56,302 bases of DNA from Thermoanaerobaculia bacterium. Lineage in GTDB: Bacteria > Acidobacteriota > Thermoanaerobaculia > Multivoradales > UBA5704. The translations under genes and the position numbers were made by a program. This document shows, in pieces, positions 1 through 11,364 of this stretch. The first letter of the stretch is position 1; every line of letters starts with the position of its first letter. The notes beneath the pieces were generated by a model that saw nothing but the letters and a program-made list of their open reading frames with translations, did no database searches and was not told the origin of the DNA. Where the stretch lies: positions 1 to 56,302 of the forward strand of contig JBGAGQ010000040.1 in the NCBI GenBank assembly GCA_044226625.1, read 5' to 3'.

Positions 1-693
1 ATCGCCTACGCGATGATCGGAGCGGCCCGCGGTATCCCCGTGACGCTCTGTCTACCGGGGAGCGCGAGCCCGGAGCGGAAACGGATCCTGCGCGCGTACG
101 GCGCCGAAATTCGAATCACCGATCCACTGCAGGGGAGCGACGGCGCGATCCTCGAGGCGCGGCGCCTGGTGGCGGAGGAGCCCGATCGCTGGGTCTACCT
201 CGACCAGTATGCGAATCCCGAAAACTGGCGAGCCCACTTTCGAACCACGGGTCCCGAGATCTGGCGCCAGACCGGCGGCCGGATCACCCACTTCGTCACC
301 GGCCTCGGCACGAGCGGCACCTTCATGGGTGTCGGCCGGTTTCTGCGGGAGCGCGCCCCCGACGTGCGGCTCGTCTCGGTCGAGCCCGACGGGCCGTTCC
401 ACGGCCTCGAGGGAATGAAGCACATGGCCTCGGCGTTGGTGCCGCCGATTTACGATCCGGGCCTCGCCCACGAGGCGCGTGAGATCTCGACCGAGGCGGC
501 GCAGGCCATGGTGCTGAAGCTCGCCCGGACGATGGGCCTCCTGGTCGGCGTCTCGTCCGGAGGCAACGTGGCCGCGGCGCTCGCGCTCGCCCACGAGGTC
601 GCGGCATCGGGACGAGAGGCGACGGTCGTCACCCTCCTGTGCGACGGAGCCGACAAATACTTGACCGAGTCGTTTTGGGAGAACGAGCGTTGA
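1..693 (+). CDS. cysM: PLP-dependent cysteine synthase family protein (CysM-like), 5' truncated by window edge
   Basis: Frame is open from base 1. Motifs DQYANPEN..AH..TTGPEIW, GLGTSGT (PLP phosphate loop), GVSSG and LLCDGADKY. Lies next to JAMM, sulfur-carrier and MoeZ genes. Confidence 0.85.
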   Translation: MAYAMIGAARGIPVTLCLPGSASPERKRILRAYGAEIRITDPLQGSDGAILEARRLVAEEPDRWVYLDQYANPENWRAHFRTTGPEIWRQTGGRITHFVTGLGTSGTFMGVGRFLRERAPDVRLVSVEPDGPFHGLEGMKHMASALVPPIYDPGLAHEAREISTEAAQAMVLKLARTMGLLVGVSSGGNVAAALALAHEVAASGREATVVTLLCDGADKYLTESFWENER

Positions 694-707
694 ACGGTCA
701 GACCTCC

Positions 708-1139
708 ATGCTGATCCTCTCCGCGACCGACCGCGAGGCGATCGAGCGCCACCTCGAAGCGGGCTATCCCGACGAGGCGTGCGGCGTGATGATTGGCCGC
801 GAGTTGCGCGACGGCGAGGCGATCCGCACCGAGGTGACCCGGCTCGTACTCGCTGACAACGCGCGAGAGGACAGCCGGCACAACCGCTACGTGATCCCTC
901 CCGAGGCGGTGCTCGCGGCGGAGAAGGCAGCGCGCGCCGAAGGACTCGGCATCGTCGGCTACTTCCACTCCCATCCCGACCATCCGGCGCGGCCGAGCGA
1001 GTTCGACCGCGAGCACGCTTGGCCGGGGCTGTCGTACCTGATCGTGTCGATCCGCGGCGGCAAGGCCGAGGACGCCCGCAGCTGGCGCCTCGCGGACGAT
1101 CGCGAGAAATTTCTCGAAGAGTCTCTGAACATTTCCTGA
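708..1139 (+). CDS. M67/JAMM (MPN+) metallopeptidase, Mec-like
   Basis: YPDEACG and GYFHSHPDHPARPSEFD give the JAMM E...HxH...S..D motif. Start is ATG 708, or TTG 690 overlapping the cysM stop. Confidence 0.9.
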   Translation: MLILSATDREAIERHLEAGYPDEACGVMIGRELRDGEAIRTEVTRLVLADNAREDSRHNRYVIPPEAVLAAEKAARAEGLGIVGYFHSHPDHPARPSEFDREHAWPGLSYLIVSIRGGKAEDARSWRLADDREKFLEESLNIS

Positions 1140-1165
1140 CTCGCCCACCCGAAGGAGACGAATCC

Positions 1166-1474
1166 GTGGAATCCGCGGCTCAATCGACCATCAATATCCC
1201 GACCCCGCTCCGGCGCTTCACTGGCGAGCAGGGCGAAATCTCCGTCGCCGGCGATACGGTCGGCGAGGCGTTGCGCGATCTGGTGCGCCAACATCCTGCG
1301 CTCGAGCGCCATCTCTACACCCAGGAAGGCACGCTGCGGAGCTTCGTCAACGTGTTCAAAAACGACGACGACGTCCGCTTCCTAGAGAAGGGGGCGACCC
1401 CGGTCCGCAGCGGCGACGTCCTCTCGATCATTCCGTCGATCGCGGGCGGTCTCGGCTCCGGGGACCTCTCGTGA
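1166..1474 (+). CDS. MoaD/ThiS/CysO-type ubiquitin-fold sulfur carrier with a 7-residue extension after GG
   Basis: AGGAG RBS at 1153-1157 and GTG at 1166. Sequence IPTPLRRFT...TVGEAL..L...HP.L...LRSFVNVF.ND.DVRFL....TP...GD.LSIIPSIAGG-LGSGDLS. Confidence 0.9.
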   Translation: MESAAQSTINIPTPLRRFTGEQGEISVAGDTVGEALRDLVRQHPALERHLYTQEGTLRSFVNVFKNDDDVRFLEKGATPVRSGDVLSIIPSIAGGLGSGDLS

Positions 1475-2643
1475 GCTTCGAGAGCCTGGTCGAAGGGCGC
1501 GAGCTGCCGGGTCTCAATCCAGCGGAGATCCGCCGCTACAGCCGGCATCTGATCCTGCCGGAGGTAGGCACCGAAGGGCAGAAGCGGCTCAAGGCGGCGA
1601 AGGTCCTGATGATCGGCACGGGAGGGCTCGGCTCGCCGCTCGGGCTCTACCTCGCGGCGGCCGGCGTGGGAACGATCGGGATCGTCGACTTCGACGTGGT
1701 GGACGACTCGAACCTCCAACGCCAAGTGCTCTACGGCGTCTCGGACGTCGGTCGCCCCAAGATCGAGGCCGCGGCCGCTCGCCTCTCCGAGGTGAACCCG
1801 CACATCCGGATCATCCCGTACGAGACGCGGCTCGAATCGAGCAACGCGCTCGATCTGTTCCGTGGCTACGACCTAATCGTCGACGGCACCGACAACTTCC
1901 CGACGCGCTATCTGGTCAACGACGCCTGCGTGCTGCTCGGCCTCCCCAACGTCTACGGCTCGATCTTCCGTTTCGAAGGGCAGGTCTCGGTGTTCTGGGG
2001 CAAGAAGGGGCCTTGCTACCGCTGCCTCTTCCCCGAGCCGCCGCCGCCCGGGCTCGTTCCCTCGTGCGCGGAGGGCGGAGTCCTCGGCGTCCTGCCTGGG
2101 ATCATCGGCGCGCTCCAGGCGAACGAGGTGATCAAGCTGATCGTCGGCGCGGGTGAGACGCTGATCGGACGCCTCGTGCTGTTCGACGCGTTGCGGCTCC
2201 GCTTCCGCGAGCTTAAGCTGCGGAAAGATCCGCACTGCCCGATCTGCTCGGAGCACCCCACCCAAACCGGGTTGATCGACTACGAGCAGTTTTGCGGCAT
2301 CGAGGCCCAGATGCCCCACGAAGACGATTTCGAAATCGAAGTGACCGACCTAGCCCGCTGGCGCGAGGAAGGACGCGACATCGTCCTGCTCGACGTGCGG
2401 ACCCCGCAGGAGTACCAGATCGCGAGGATCGACGGCTCCATCCTCATACCGCTTCAAGAGCTCCCCGATCGCCTCCACGAGCTCGACACCGCCTCAATGA
2501 TCGTGGCCCAATGCCACGCCGGCATCCGCTCCGCCCAGGCCGTGCATTTCCTACGGCAGCACGGCTTCGCGAAGACGAAGAACCTCGCCGGAGGAATCGA
2601 CGCCTGGAGCCGGGAGGTCGACCCGAGCGTGCCGCGGTATTAG
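1471..2643 (+). CDS. moeB: MoeB/MoeZ-type adenylyltransferase with C-terminal rhodanese domain
   Basis: RYSRHLIL, GTGGLG, SNLQRQ, DGTDNFPTRY, CYRC and CPIC Zn sites, rhodanese LLDVR...CHAGIRS..., ends DPSVPRY. GTGA overlap with the carrier gene. Confidence 0.93.
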   Translation: MSFESLVEGRELPGLNPAEIRRYSRHLILPEVGTEGQKRLKAAKVLMIGTGGLGSPLGLYLAAAGVGTIGIVDFDVVDDSNLQRQVLYGVSDVGRPKIEAAAARLSEVNPHIRIIPYETRLESSNALDLFRGYDLIVDGTDNFPTRYLVNDACVLLGLPNVYGSIFRFEGQVSVFWGKKGPCYRCLFPEPPPPGLVPSCAEGGVLGVLPGIIGALQANEVIKLIVGAGETLIGRLVLFDALRLRFRELKLRKDPHCPICSEHPTQTGLIDYEQFCGIEAQMPHEDDFEIEVTDLARWREEGRDIVLLDVRTPQEYQIARIDGSILIPLQELPDRLHELDTASMIVAQCHAGIRSAQAVHFLRQHGFAKTKNLAGGIDAWSREVDPSVPRY

Positions 2644-2776
2644 GCGTTAGAACGCTCTAACCGTCTTGACGATCCGAGAGGGCCGATCGCCGATGCACCC
2701 GGCGGTCGAACGGCGTAGACTTCCCCCACCGAGAGGACAGGTCCGCGGTCCACCGTGGAAGATGAGGGGTTTCTGC

Positions 2777-3685
2777 ATGACCCTGTCGAAAAACTTTTTC
2801 TTGTTCGTGGTCGCCTTTTTTGCGATGTGCACCTGCGCGGGCGGTGTGGTCGTCGCCCTTTCGGCAGACGGGCCTGCCGGAGCGAGCCTCGTGGTCGCCG
2901 CGGTGGCTGGAGCGATCGCGGTCGCGATTCTTTGGCAGCAGGCGCAACGCGATCTCGATGCGGTCCTCACCCTAGTCGGCGGGTTCTCGCTCGGTACCGC
3001 GCTGTGCGTGGGCATCTACCTCGCCAACGCTTTCGCGCCAGGCATCTTCCCCAAGATCGCGGTGCCCGTAGCGGCGATCGTCGGGATCGCCTGCTTCGCT
3101 CAAACCTATCGTCGCCAGCGGTCGGCTTCCAGCGATTTCCCGTACGTGCTCGCCGCGAACGTCCCGGCCAACCAAATCTTCGAGACCGAGGGAATTCAGT
3201 TCACCGGCAAGTTGACCCCGGGCAAGGAGCGCAAGCCCCACCTCGTCTCGATCTTCCTCGAGAACTGTTTCGACGCGCCGACCCGGGTTACGATCCGGTT
3301 CGATCCCGCTGGCTACGAGAAGTATTTTCGGTTCTATCCTCAACACACCGTGACCGTCGGCGCGGCCGAGGTCTCGAAAGTGACGTTTCCGCTGGTCACG
3401 CCCACGTATCCAGGCTCCTACCCTCTCTATATCTCGATCGGGGTCGACCGTCCGACCGGCAAGCGGGTCCGGCTCTGGCGCGCGCAGGAAGCGACCACCC
3501 GAACGAAAGCCTCGACGACGATCGCCCTCGCCGCGGTCGGGCACCTCACCTGGGGCGGAGGCGTGAGATTCACCGTCGGCCCCCTGCCCGACGACCTCTG
3601 GGCCGAGCCGCTCGGCCCGCCGGTTCAAGAGACGCTCTGGCAACCGCGCTTGGGGACCGTGCCTCGCGTCGTACCGAACGTCTAA
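2777..3685 (+). CDS. Hypothetical membrane protein (about 4 N-terminal TM helices plus a beta-rich soluble domain)
   Basis: Long ORF with clear hydrophobic segments followed by a beta-strand-rich region. Start uncertain (2762 or 2777). Confidence 0.6.
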   Translation: MTLSKNFFLFVVAFFAMCTCAGGVVVALSADGPAGASLVVAAVAGAIAVAILWQQAQRDLDAVLTLVGGFSLGTALCVGIYLANAFAPGIFPKIAVPVAAIVGIACFAQTYRRQRSASSDFPYVLAANVPANQIFETEGIQFTGKLTPGKERKPHLVSIFLENCFDAPTRVTIRFDPAGYEKYFRFYPQHTVTVGAAEVSKVTFPLVTPTYPGSYPLYISIGVDRPTGKRVRLWRAQEATTRTKASTTIALAAVGHLTWGGGVRFTVGPLPDDLWAEPLGPPVQETLWQPRLGTVPRVVPNV

Positions 3686-3734
3686 GGGGCTAGCCCATCT
3701 CTCGCGAGCCGTCCCGCCTGCTAATCTCCCTCCC

Positions 3735-4712
3735 ATGAATCCACGAACGACGTCCCAGCGAGCCGGATGCGTCCTACTCGGCGCCCTTCTCTCCCTCGTC
3801 GCGATCGGTGCCTGCGCGAAGAAAGTCGAAATGTCCGAGGCTCCCGCGGAGGCGGCGGTCGCCACGCAGGATTCGGAGTCGATGGCCCGCGCCGCCACGG
3901 CCGCGCCGGCCGCCGAGGGGGCGGGAGGTTCCGCCGCTCCGGCCGCCGCGCCCAAAGCGTCGCCTCGCAAGCTCATCAAGACGGTCGAGTTGTCGATCGA
4001 GGTGCGCAAGCCCGAAGAGGTGTCCACGAACCTTCAGGCTCTTGCCGAAAAGCTCGGCGGCTACGTTTCGGGAGTCGGCGCAAACCGGCTGTACGACGGA
4101 TCGATGCAGGTCGCGCTCACGCTGCGAATCCCCGTCGAGCGTTTGGAGGAGGCGCGCAGAGAGGTCAAAAAACTCGCGGTGAAGGTCGTCTCCGAGCAAC
4201 TCCGGACCGACGACGTGACCGATCAACTGGTCGATCTCGACGCCCGCCTGAGGGCGCTCCGCGCGACCGAAGCCGAGCTTCTGGCGCTCCTCGCCGAATC
4301 GCGTCAGAAGGCGCGCAAGGTCGAGGAAATCATGGAGGTCTACCGCGAGCTGACCGAGATCCGCACCCAGATCGAGCAAGTCGGCGCGCAGGTCGCCGGG
4401 CTCGATCGACAGGTCGCCTACTCGACGCTCCAGATCCAGATCTCCCCCGTCTCCTCCGCCCGCCCGGTTACCGGCGACGGCTGGCAGCCGGGAGATCGGG
4501 TGCGCGACAGTTTCCGGACGCTGATCGGTTTCTTGCGCGGCCTCGGCAACTTCCTGATCTTCGCGGTGATCGTCGGCATTCCCGTGCTCGGCGTGCTGTG
4601 GCTCGCGCTCTTCCTCCTGCGCAAGCTCTGGCGTCTCGTCCGCGGACCGAAGCCGCCGCGCGCAGCGCCTCCCGGATCGGCTCCGCCGCCCGCCTCGGAA
4701 GCTGGCCGATGA
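3735..4712 (+). CDS. DUF4349-like lipoprotein with C-terminal TM helix
   Basis: Lipobox IGAC, RKLIKT.EL.IEV, GGYVS, LRIP, DVTDQLVDLDARL coiled coil, VAYSTL, C-terminal TM. Confidence 0.8.
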   Translation: MNPRTTSQRAGCVLLGALLSLVAIGACAKKVEMSEAPAEAAVATQDSESMARAATAAPAAEGAGGSAAPAAAPKASPRKLIKTVELSIEVRKPEEVSTNLQALAEKLGGYVSGVGANRLYDGSMQVALTLRIPVERLEEARREVKKLAVKVVSEQLRTDDVTDQLVDLDARLRALRATEAELLALLAESRQKARKVEEIMEVYRELTEIRTQIEQVGAQVAGLDRQVAYSTLQIQISPVSSARPVTGDGWQPGDRVRDSFRTLIGFLRGLGNFLIFAVIVGIPVLGVLWLALFLLRKLWRLVRGPKPPRAAPPGSAPPPASEAGR

Positions 4713-4730
4713 TGAGCCGCCAATAGGCCG

Positions 4731-6017
4731 ATGGACGAGCTGGGTCGCGCCGCGGGCGGGGGCAAGATGGGGCCGGTTCCCCGCGTCATCCTGTCGCTCG
4801 GCGCGACCGTGGCGGTCGCGACCTTCCTGCTCGCCCTCTGGTGCCCCAAGCCGCGCACCGCCCCCGTACCTGCGGCGGATCGATCGAGCCTCGGCACCAC
4901 GTTCCGCAACGACCGACCGGCGGGCTCGAACGATCCCTCGTGGCCCGCCGAGGCACCAGGCGTCGTCGTCGCGCAGACGATCGAGGGAAGCCCCGCCTAC
5001 CTCGCCGGCCTGCGAAACTCCGACCGCATACTTTCGCTCGACGGCCGACCCGCCACCACCGCCTGCGATCTCGAACGGATCGTGGAGCGTCTTCCCCTCG
5101 GCCGCAAGGTCGCCGTCACCTTCGCACGGGGTCGAGCAGGGGCGCCCGAGACCGTCCAGATCGAAACGGTGGGCGAGGCGTTCTTCGGCCAGCGCTGCCG
5201 GGACGGCCGGGCCGACGCCTGCGCCGAGCTCGGCCGACGACGGATCGTGGCAAGCACCTCCGAAGAGGAGACCCGCGACGCCCTCGCGCTCTACGAAAAA
5301 GCCTGCGCCGCGGACGACGCTTCCGCCTGCGCGGAGCTCGCGGGCCAATGGATCGACCGCCACGGCGAAGGGGAAACGCTGACCGAGGCAGACGCCGCGC
5401 GCACCGCCGAGGTCGCGAGGAAAGGGTGCGACGGCGGGAACCCCTCGGCCTGCGCGCATCTCGGCCTCCTCTACTCGCTCGGCCGTGGCGTGGCGCAAGA
5501 CGATGCCCGCGCGACCTCGCTGTACGAGATCGCCTGTGACGGCGGAGATCCCGCCGGCTGCTACAACGTCGGCCTGAACTACGAGAAACAGCGGGGCGCA
5601 CCCCGGAACGACGCGCGCTCGCTGCTCGGCTATGTCTACGGCTGCGAGGGGGGCTACCCCCAGGCATGCACCAACCTCGGCTACCTCTACGATCGAGGGA
5701 TCGGCGTGATCGCTCACCCCGAACGCGCGGCACAGCTCTACGAACGGGCCTGCGCGGGGGACGCCTGCACGCCGGGCGACCCGATCGGCTGCGCGAACCT
5801 CGGGATCTTCCTGCGCGACGGCCACGGCATCCCAAAGGACGAGCGGCGCGCCGCCGAGATGCTCGAGCGCGGTTGCGACGGAAACGTAGCGGCCGCCTGC
5901 AACAATCTCGGGATTCTCGTCGAGCCGGCCGATGCCGACCGCGCCCTCGAGCTCTACCGGAAGGCCTGCCGGCTCGGCAGCGAGGGTGGATGCAAGAACG
6001 CCGCGTCCCCGGGCTGA
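4731..6017 (+). CDS. Membrane-anchored PDZ plus Cys-rich Sel1-like repeat protein
   Basis: N-terminal TM. PDZ-like GSPAYLAGLRNSDRILSLDG. Repeats of the form AC..LG.LY..G.G...D..RA..LY..AC. Confidence 0.8.
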   Translation: MDELGRAAGGGKMGPVPRVILSLGATVAVATFLLALWCPKPRTAPVPAADRSSLGTTFRNDRPAGSNDPSWPAEAPGVVVAQTIEGSPAYLAGLRNSDRILSLDGRPATTACDLERIVERLPLGRKVAVTFARGRAGAPETVQIETVGEAFFGQRCRDGRADACAELGRRRIVASTSEEETRDALALYEKACAADDASACAELAGQWIDRHGEGETLTEADAARTAEVARKGCDGGNPSACAHLGLLYSLGRGVAQDDARATSLYEIACDGGDPAGCYNVGLNYEKQRGAPRNDARSLLGYVYGCEGGYPQACTNLGYLYDRGIGVIAHPERAAQLYERACAGDACTPGDPIGCANLGIFLRDGHGIPKDERRAAEMLERGCDGNVAAACNNLGILVEPADADRALELYRKACRLGSEGGCKNAASPG

Positions 6018-6107
6018 AACTCCCATTGGATTGGGTCGGGGCTAGCGGCGAGGAAGCCCTCTCGCCATGGCCATCGAGACGCGATTCCGTTCACTAGAAT
6101 CCGATCC

Positions 6108-7796
<1,689 letters not shown>

Positions 7797-7889
7797 AGGC
7801 CGGCTCGCGCCGAGTGTGGCGCCGGCTGTTCTATCTGGCGCCCCGCCTCGACCGGCAGCTCCGGCGCGCTGCGCTACGATCTCCTCTCC

Positions 7890-10800
7890 GTGGCGGCACA
7901 ACGCGACCTGCTCTTCGGCCTCGCGCTCCTGGCGCTGATCCAGCCGGCGGCCTTCGCTTCGACCGGTAGTAGCGCCGCGGCCGCGCCGACCCTGCCGGGC
8001 GACGAGATCTCCTTTCAGCCGGTCGAGCTACCGGACGAAGTCCCCGCCCATCTGGTGACCGCTCTCGCCGAGGACCGGCAGGGATTCCTCTGGATCGGCA
8101 CCCAAGGCGGCCTGGTTCGTTACGACGGCTACCAGTTCAAGGTGTATAAATTCGATCCACGCGACCCGAAGACGCTCGGCGGAAGCTACGTGCGGTCGCT
8201 GTTCGCCGCCGAGGACGGCCGGCTGTGGATCGGGACGTTCAGCAACGGCCTCTCGGCCTACGACCCGAAGACGGAGACCTTCGTCCGCTACGCCCACGAC
8301 CCCGGCCGGCCGGGGAGCCTGTCGCACAACCGGGTGGAAGGGATCGCCGCGGACCGTGCCGGCCGGCTCTGGGTCGCCACCTACGAGGGGTTGGACCGGC
8401 TCGATCCCCGGAGCGGCCGAATCGAGCATTTCCGCCACGACGCGCGCGATTCCGCGAGCCTCGCCGCCGATCGGGTTCGCGCGGTGCTGGTCGATCGATC
8501 AGGTCGGGTTTGGGTGGGAAGCCAGGACGGCCTCCAAGAGCTTCGAGCGGGTGAGGCGGGTCGGCCCCGCTTCGTGCGTACAGCCTCGGATCCGGCGATC
8601 TCGGGCTCGCTCGCCGGGCAGTTCGTCTCGAAGCTGTTCGAGGACGCCACGGGACGAATCTGGATCGGCACGCTCGACGACGGCGCGGCGGTGCTCGATC
8701 CGCGGACCGGAGCGTTCCATCGCTTCCTTCCCCGGACGCGGGCCGGCGAGACGGGGAACGCGGGGCCGGGCGGCGGGCTCAGCCATTTCTGGGTCTACGG
8801 CTTCGCCCAGGGCGCGGAGGGCGAGATCTGGATCGCGACCTTTGGCGGCGGCATCGATCGGATCGACACGCGGACGCTCGAGATCGCGGGCCGGCTCCGG
8901 CACGACCCCGCCTCGGTTGGGACGATCGGGAGCGACCGGATCGGCGCGATCCTTCGCGACCGCTCGGGGCTGCTCTGGGTGGGCACCTGGGGGCAGGGCC
9001 TCGTCCGGCACGATCCGCGGGCGCGCGCGTTCCGCGCCCTCCGCTTTTCGCCGAGCCGCCCTCACGGGCTGAGCCATCCGGAGATCGTCCGTGCCCTGGA
9101 GATGCGCGACGGCACGATCTGGGCCGGCACGAACGGCAACGGGATCGATCGGCTGGATGCCGCAGGCCACCGGATCGAGGATGCCCTCGGCGGCTTCCGG
9201 CCGAATTCCGCGAATCCGGGCTCGCTCGCCGACGGCGCGATCACCTGTCTCGCCCAGGCGAACGACGGGACGGCCTGGGTGGCGACGCTCAACGGCATGC
9301 TCCATCGGCTGCGCCCCGGCACCCAGCGTTTCGACCGCCTCGCGGTCGCCGACGGGCTTCCCGGCGGGCCGATTCGCGCACTCGCGTTCGGCCCGGACGG
9401 AACGCTCTGGGCCGGAGCGGCGGAAGGGCTCGCCCGGATCGACCCCGAGACCCTGGCGGTCACCACCTACCGCCACCGGCCCGACGATCCCACGACCCTT
9501 TCGGGCATCGCCGCAGAGTCGCTCGCCTTCGACGCCCGCGGCACCCTCTGGGTCGGCACGGACAGCGGCCTGAACGCTTTTGACCCAAGGACCGGCCGGG
9601 CCGTGCGCATCCCCTACGTCGAGGGCAAGAGCGATGGCTTGCCGGCCGGATGGGTCCCCGACCTGATGATCGCGAGCGACGGCCGCCTCTGGGTGGCGAC
9701 CCCCGGAGGTGCCGCGATCCTCACCTCGTGGGACGGCAGGACGGCGCGCTTCGATTCGGTCTCCGCGCGGCTCGGACGTCCTCCGGCGCCGGTCGAATCG
9801 CTGATCGAGGACGACCAGGGGTTCGTCTGGCTCACCCCACGATTGCGCGTCGACCCGCGGAATTGGCGGGCGACCGAGCTCGGCCCCGCCGACGGACTTT
9901 CGTTCCACGACTTCTTCATCGCCAGCCGGACGCGAACGCGGGACGGAACGCTCCTCTTCGGTTCCCCCGAGGGGTTGCTCGAGGTGAGGCCGCGACGGCT
10001 CTCGCCCTGGACGTACGAGCCGCCGCTGGTCGCGACCTCGCTCCGCGTCAACGGCCTCGAGCGGCCGGGGGCGGCTCGCCTCGACCGCTTGGTCCTCCAC
10101 CCGGGCGAACGGAGCTTCCGGATCGACTTCGCCGCGCTCGATTTCACCGCGCCCGCCCGCAACCGCTATCGGTTTCGGTTGGACGGCTACGACGACCGGT
10201 GGACGGCGGGCGACGCCTCCCAGCGCTCGGTCGCCTACACGCGGCTCGCCCCCGGGCGGTACACGCTGCGGGTCGCGGGTACCAATCGGTCGGGCGTCCC
10301 AAGCCGCCACGAGCTCGCCCTGCCGATCGAGGTACTGCCGGCGTTCTACCAGACGGCGTGGTTCCGGGCGCTCGCGTGCCTCCTCGTCCTCGCCCTCGCC
10401 TACGCCGCGTACCGCCTCCGCGTCCGGCAGCTCGAAGCCCGCAGCCGGGCCCTCGAGGCGGTGGTCCGCGAGCGGACCCTGTCTCTCGCCGAGACCAATC
10501 GGGCGCTCGAGGCGGCTTACGCCCGCATCGAAGAAGCGAGCCTCACCGACCCGCTCACCGGACTTCGGAACCGGCGCTATCTCGAGCAAAGCATCGGCGC
10601 CGATCTGGAGCTCGCCGCGCGACGGCACGAGGAAGGCTCGCAAGGAAAAGCAGACGAGGCGGATCTCGCGTTCCTCTTGCTCGACCTCGACCATTTCAAG
10701 AGCGTGAACGACACTTACGGCCACGCCGCGGGCGATGCGGTGCTCACCCAGACGGCCGCCCTTCTACGCTCTGCGGTGCGAGCGTCGGACACGCTCGTCC

Positions 10801-11216
10801 GCTGGGGAGGCGAGGAGTTCCTTGTCGTCGCCCGCTTTCTCGACCGCCGAGAGGCTCCGGGCCTCGCCGAGAAGATCCGCGCGGCGATCGCAGCGCACCC
10901 GTTCGCGCTCGAGGACGGAACGACGCTCGCTCGCACCGCCTCGATCGGCTTCGCGGTCTACCCATTCACGGCCGGAGCGCCGCGCGCCGTCGACTGGCAA
11001 GAGATCATCGCGATCGCCGATCTCGCCCTGTATGCCGCGAAGCGCAGCGGCAGAAACCGGGCCGTGGGCATCGCGTCGACCGGCGCGACCGGCGGCGACC
11101 CCGACGCATCCGCGCGCCGGTTCCGCGAGGATCCGGCAGCCGCCGTGGCGAACGGCGAGATTGCGGTCCTGGGAACCCATCCGGTTCCCGCCGCGGCCTG
11201 GGGCTCCGAGGGGTAA
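7890..11216 (+). CDS. Diguanylate cyclase with periplasmic beta-propeller (Reg_prop) and Y_Y_Y sensor
   Basis: Signal peptide, repeated D..G.LWIGT blades, Y_Y_Y domain (YRFRLDGYD..W...AYTRL.PG.Y), TM, TDPLTGLRNRR, DLDHFKSVND, RWGGEEF with upstream RASD I-site. Confidence 0.92.
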   Translation: MAAQRDLLFGLALLALIQPAAFASTGSSAAAAPTLPGDEISFQPVELPDEVPAHLVTALAEDRQGFLWIGTQGGLVRYDGYQFKVYKFDPRDPKTLGGSYVRSLFAAEDGRLWIGTFSNGLSAYDPKTETFVRYAHDPGRPGSLSHNRVEGIAADRAGRLWVATYEGLDRLDPRSGRIEHFRHDARDSASLAADRVRAVLVDRSGRVWVGSQDGLQELRAGEAGRPRFVRTASDPAISGSLAGQFVSKLFEDATGRIWIGTLDDGAAVLDPRTGAFHRFLPRTRAGETGNAGPGGGLSHFWVYGFAQGAEGEIWIATFGGGIDRIDTRTLEIAGRLRHDPASVGTIGSDRIGAILRDRSGLLWVGTWGQGLVRHDPRARAFRALRFSPSRPHGLSHPEIVRALEMRDGTIWAGTNGNGIDRLDAAGHRIEDALGGFRPNSANPGSLADGAITCLAQANDGTAWVATLNGMLHRLRPGTQRFDRLAVADGLPGGPIRALAFGPDGTLWAGAAEGLARIDPETLAVTTYRHRPDDPTTLSGIAAESLAFDARGTLWVGTDSGLNAFDPRTGRAVRIPYVEGKSDGLPAGWVPDLMIASDGRLWVATPGGAAILTSWDGRTARFDSVSARLGRPPAPVESLIEDDQGFVWLTPRLRVDPRNWRATELGPADGLSFHDFFIASRTRTRDGTLLFGSPEGLLEVRPRRLSPWTYEPPLVATSLRVNGLERPGAARLDRLVLHPGERSFRIDFAALDFTAPARNRYRFRLDGYDDRWTAGDASQRSVAYTRLAPGRYTLRVAGTNRSGVPSRHELALPIEVLPAFYQTAWFRALACLLVLALAYAAYRLRVRQLEARSRALEAVVRERTLSLAETNRALEAAYARIEEASLTDPLTGLRNRRYLEQSIGADLELAARRHEEGSQGKADEADLAFLLLDLDHFKSVNDTYGHAAGDAVLTQTAALLRSAVRASDTLVRWGGEEFLVVARFLDRREAPGLAEKIRAAIAAHPFALEDGTTLARTASIGFAVYPFTAGAPRAVDWQEIIAIADLALYAAKRSGRNRAVGIASTGATGGDPDASARRFREDPAAAVANGEIAVLGTHPVPAAAWGSEG

Positions 11217-11364
11217 CGCATTTCGTTCGGCCGATGCCCTCAGCGGGGCCTACCCGATCGGCCGGCGCCTAGAGGCGCGGGATCCGCTACGCTTGAGCTT
11301 GGAAATGCGACGTTCCCGCCGGCGCACCGCCTCGGCGGCGCTGGTCGGCGGATAGGAGATCGCC

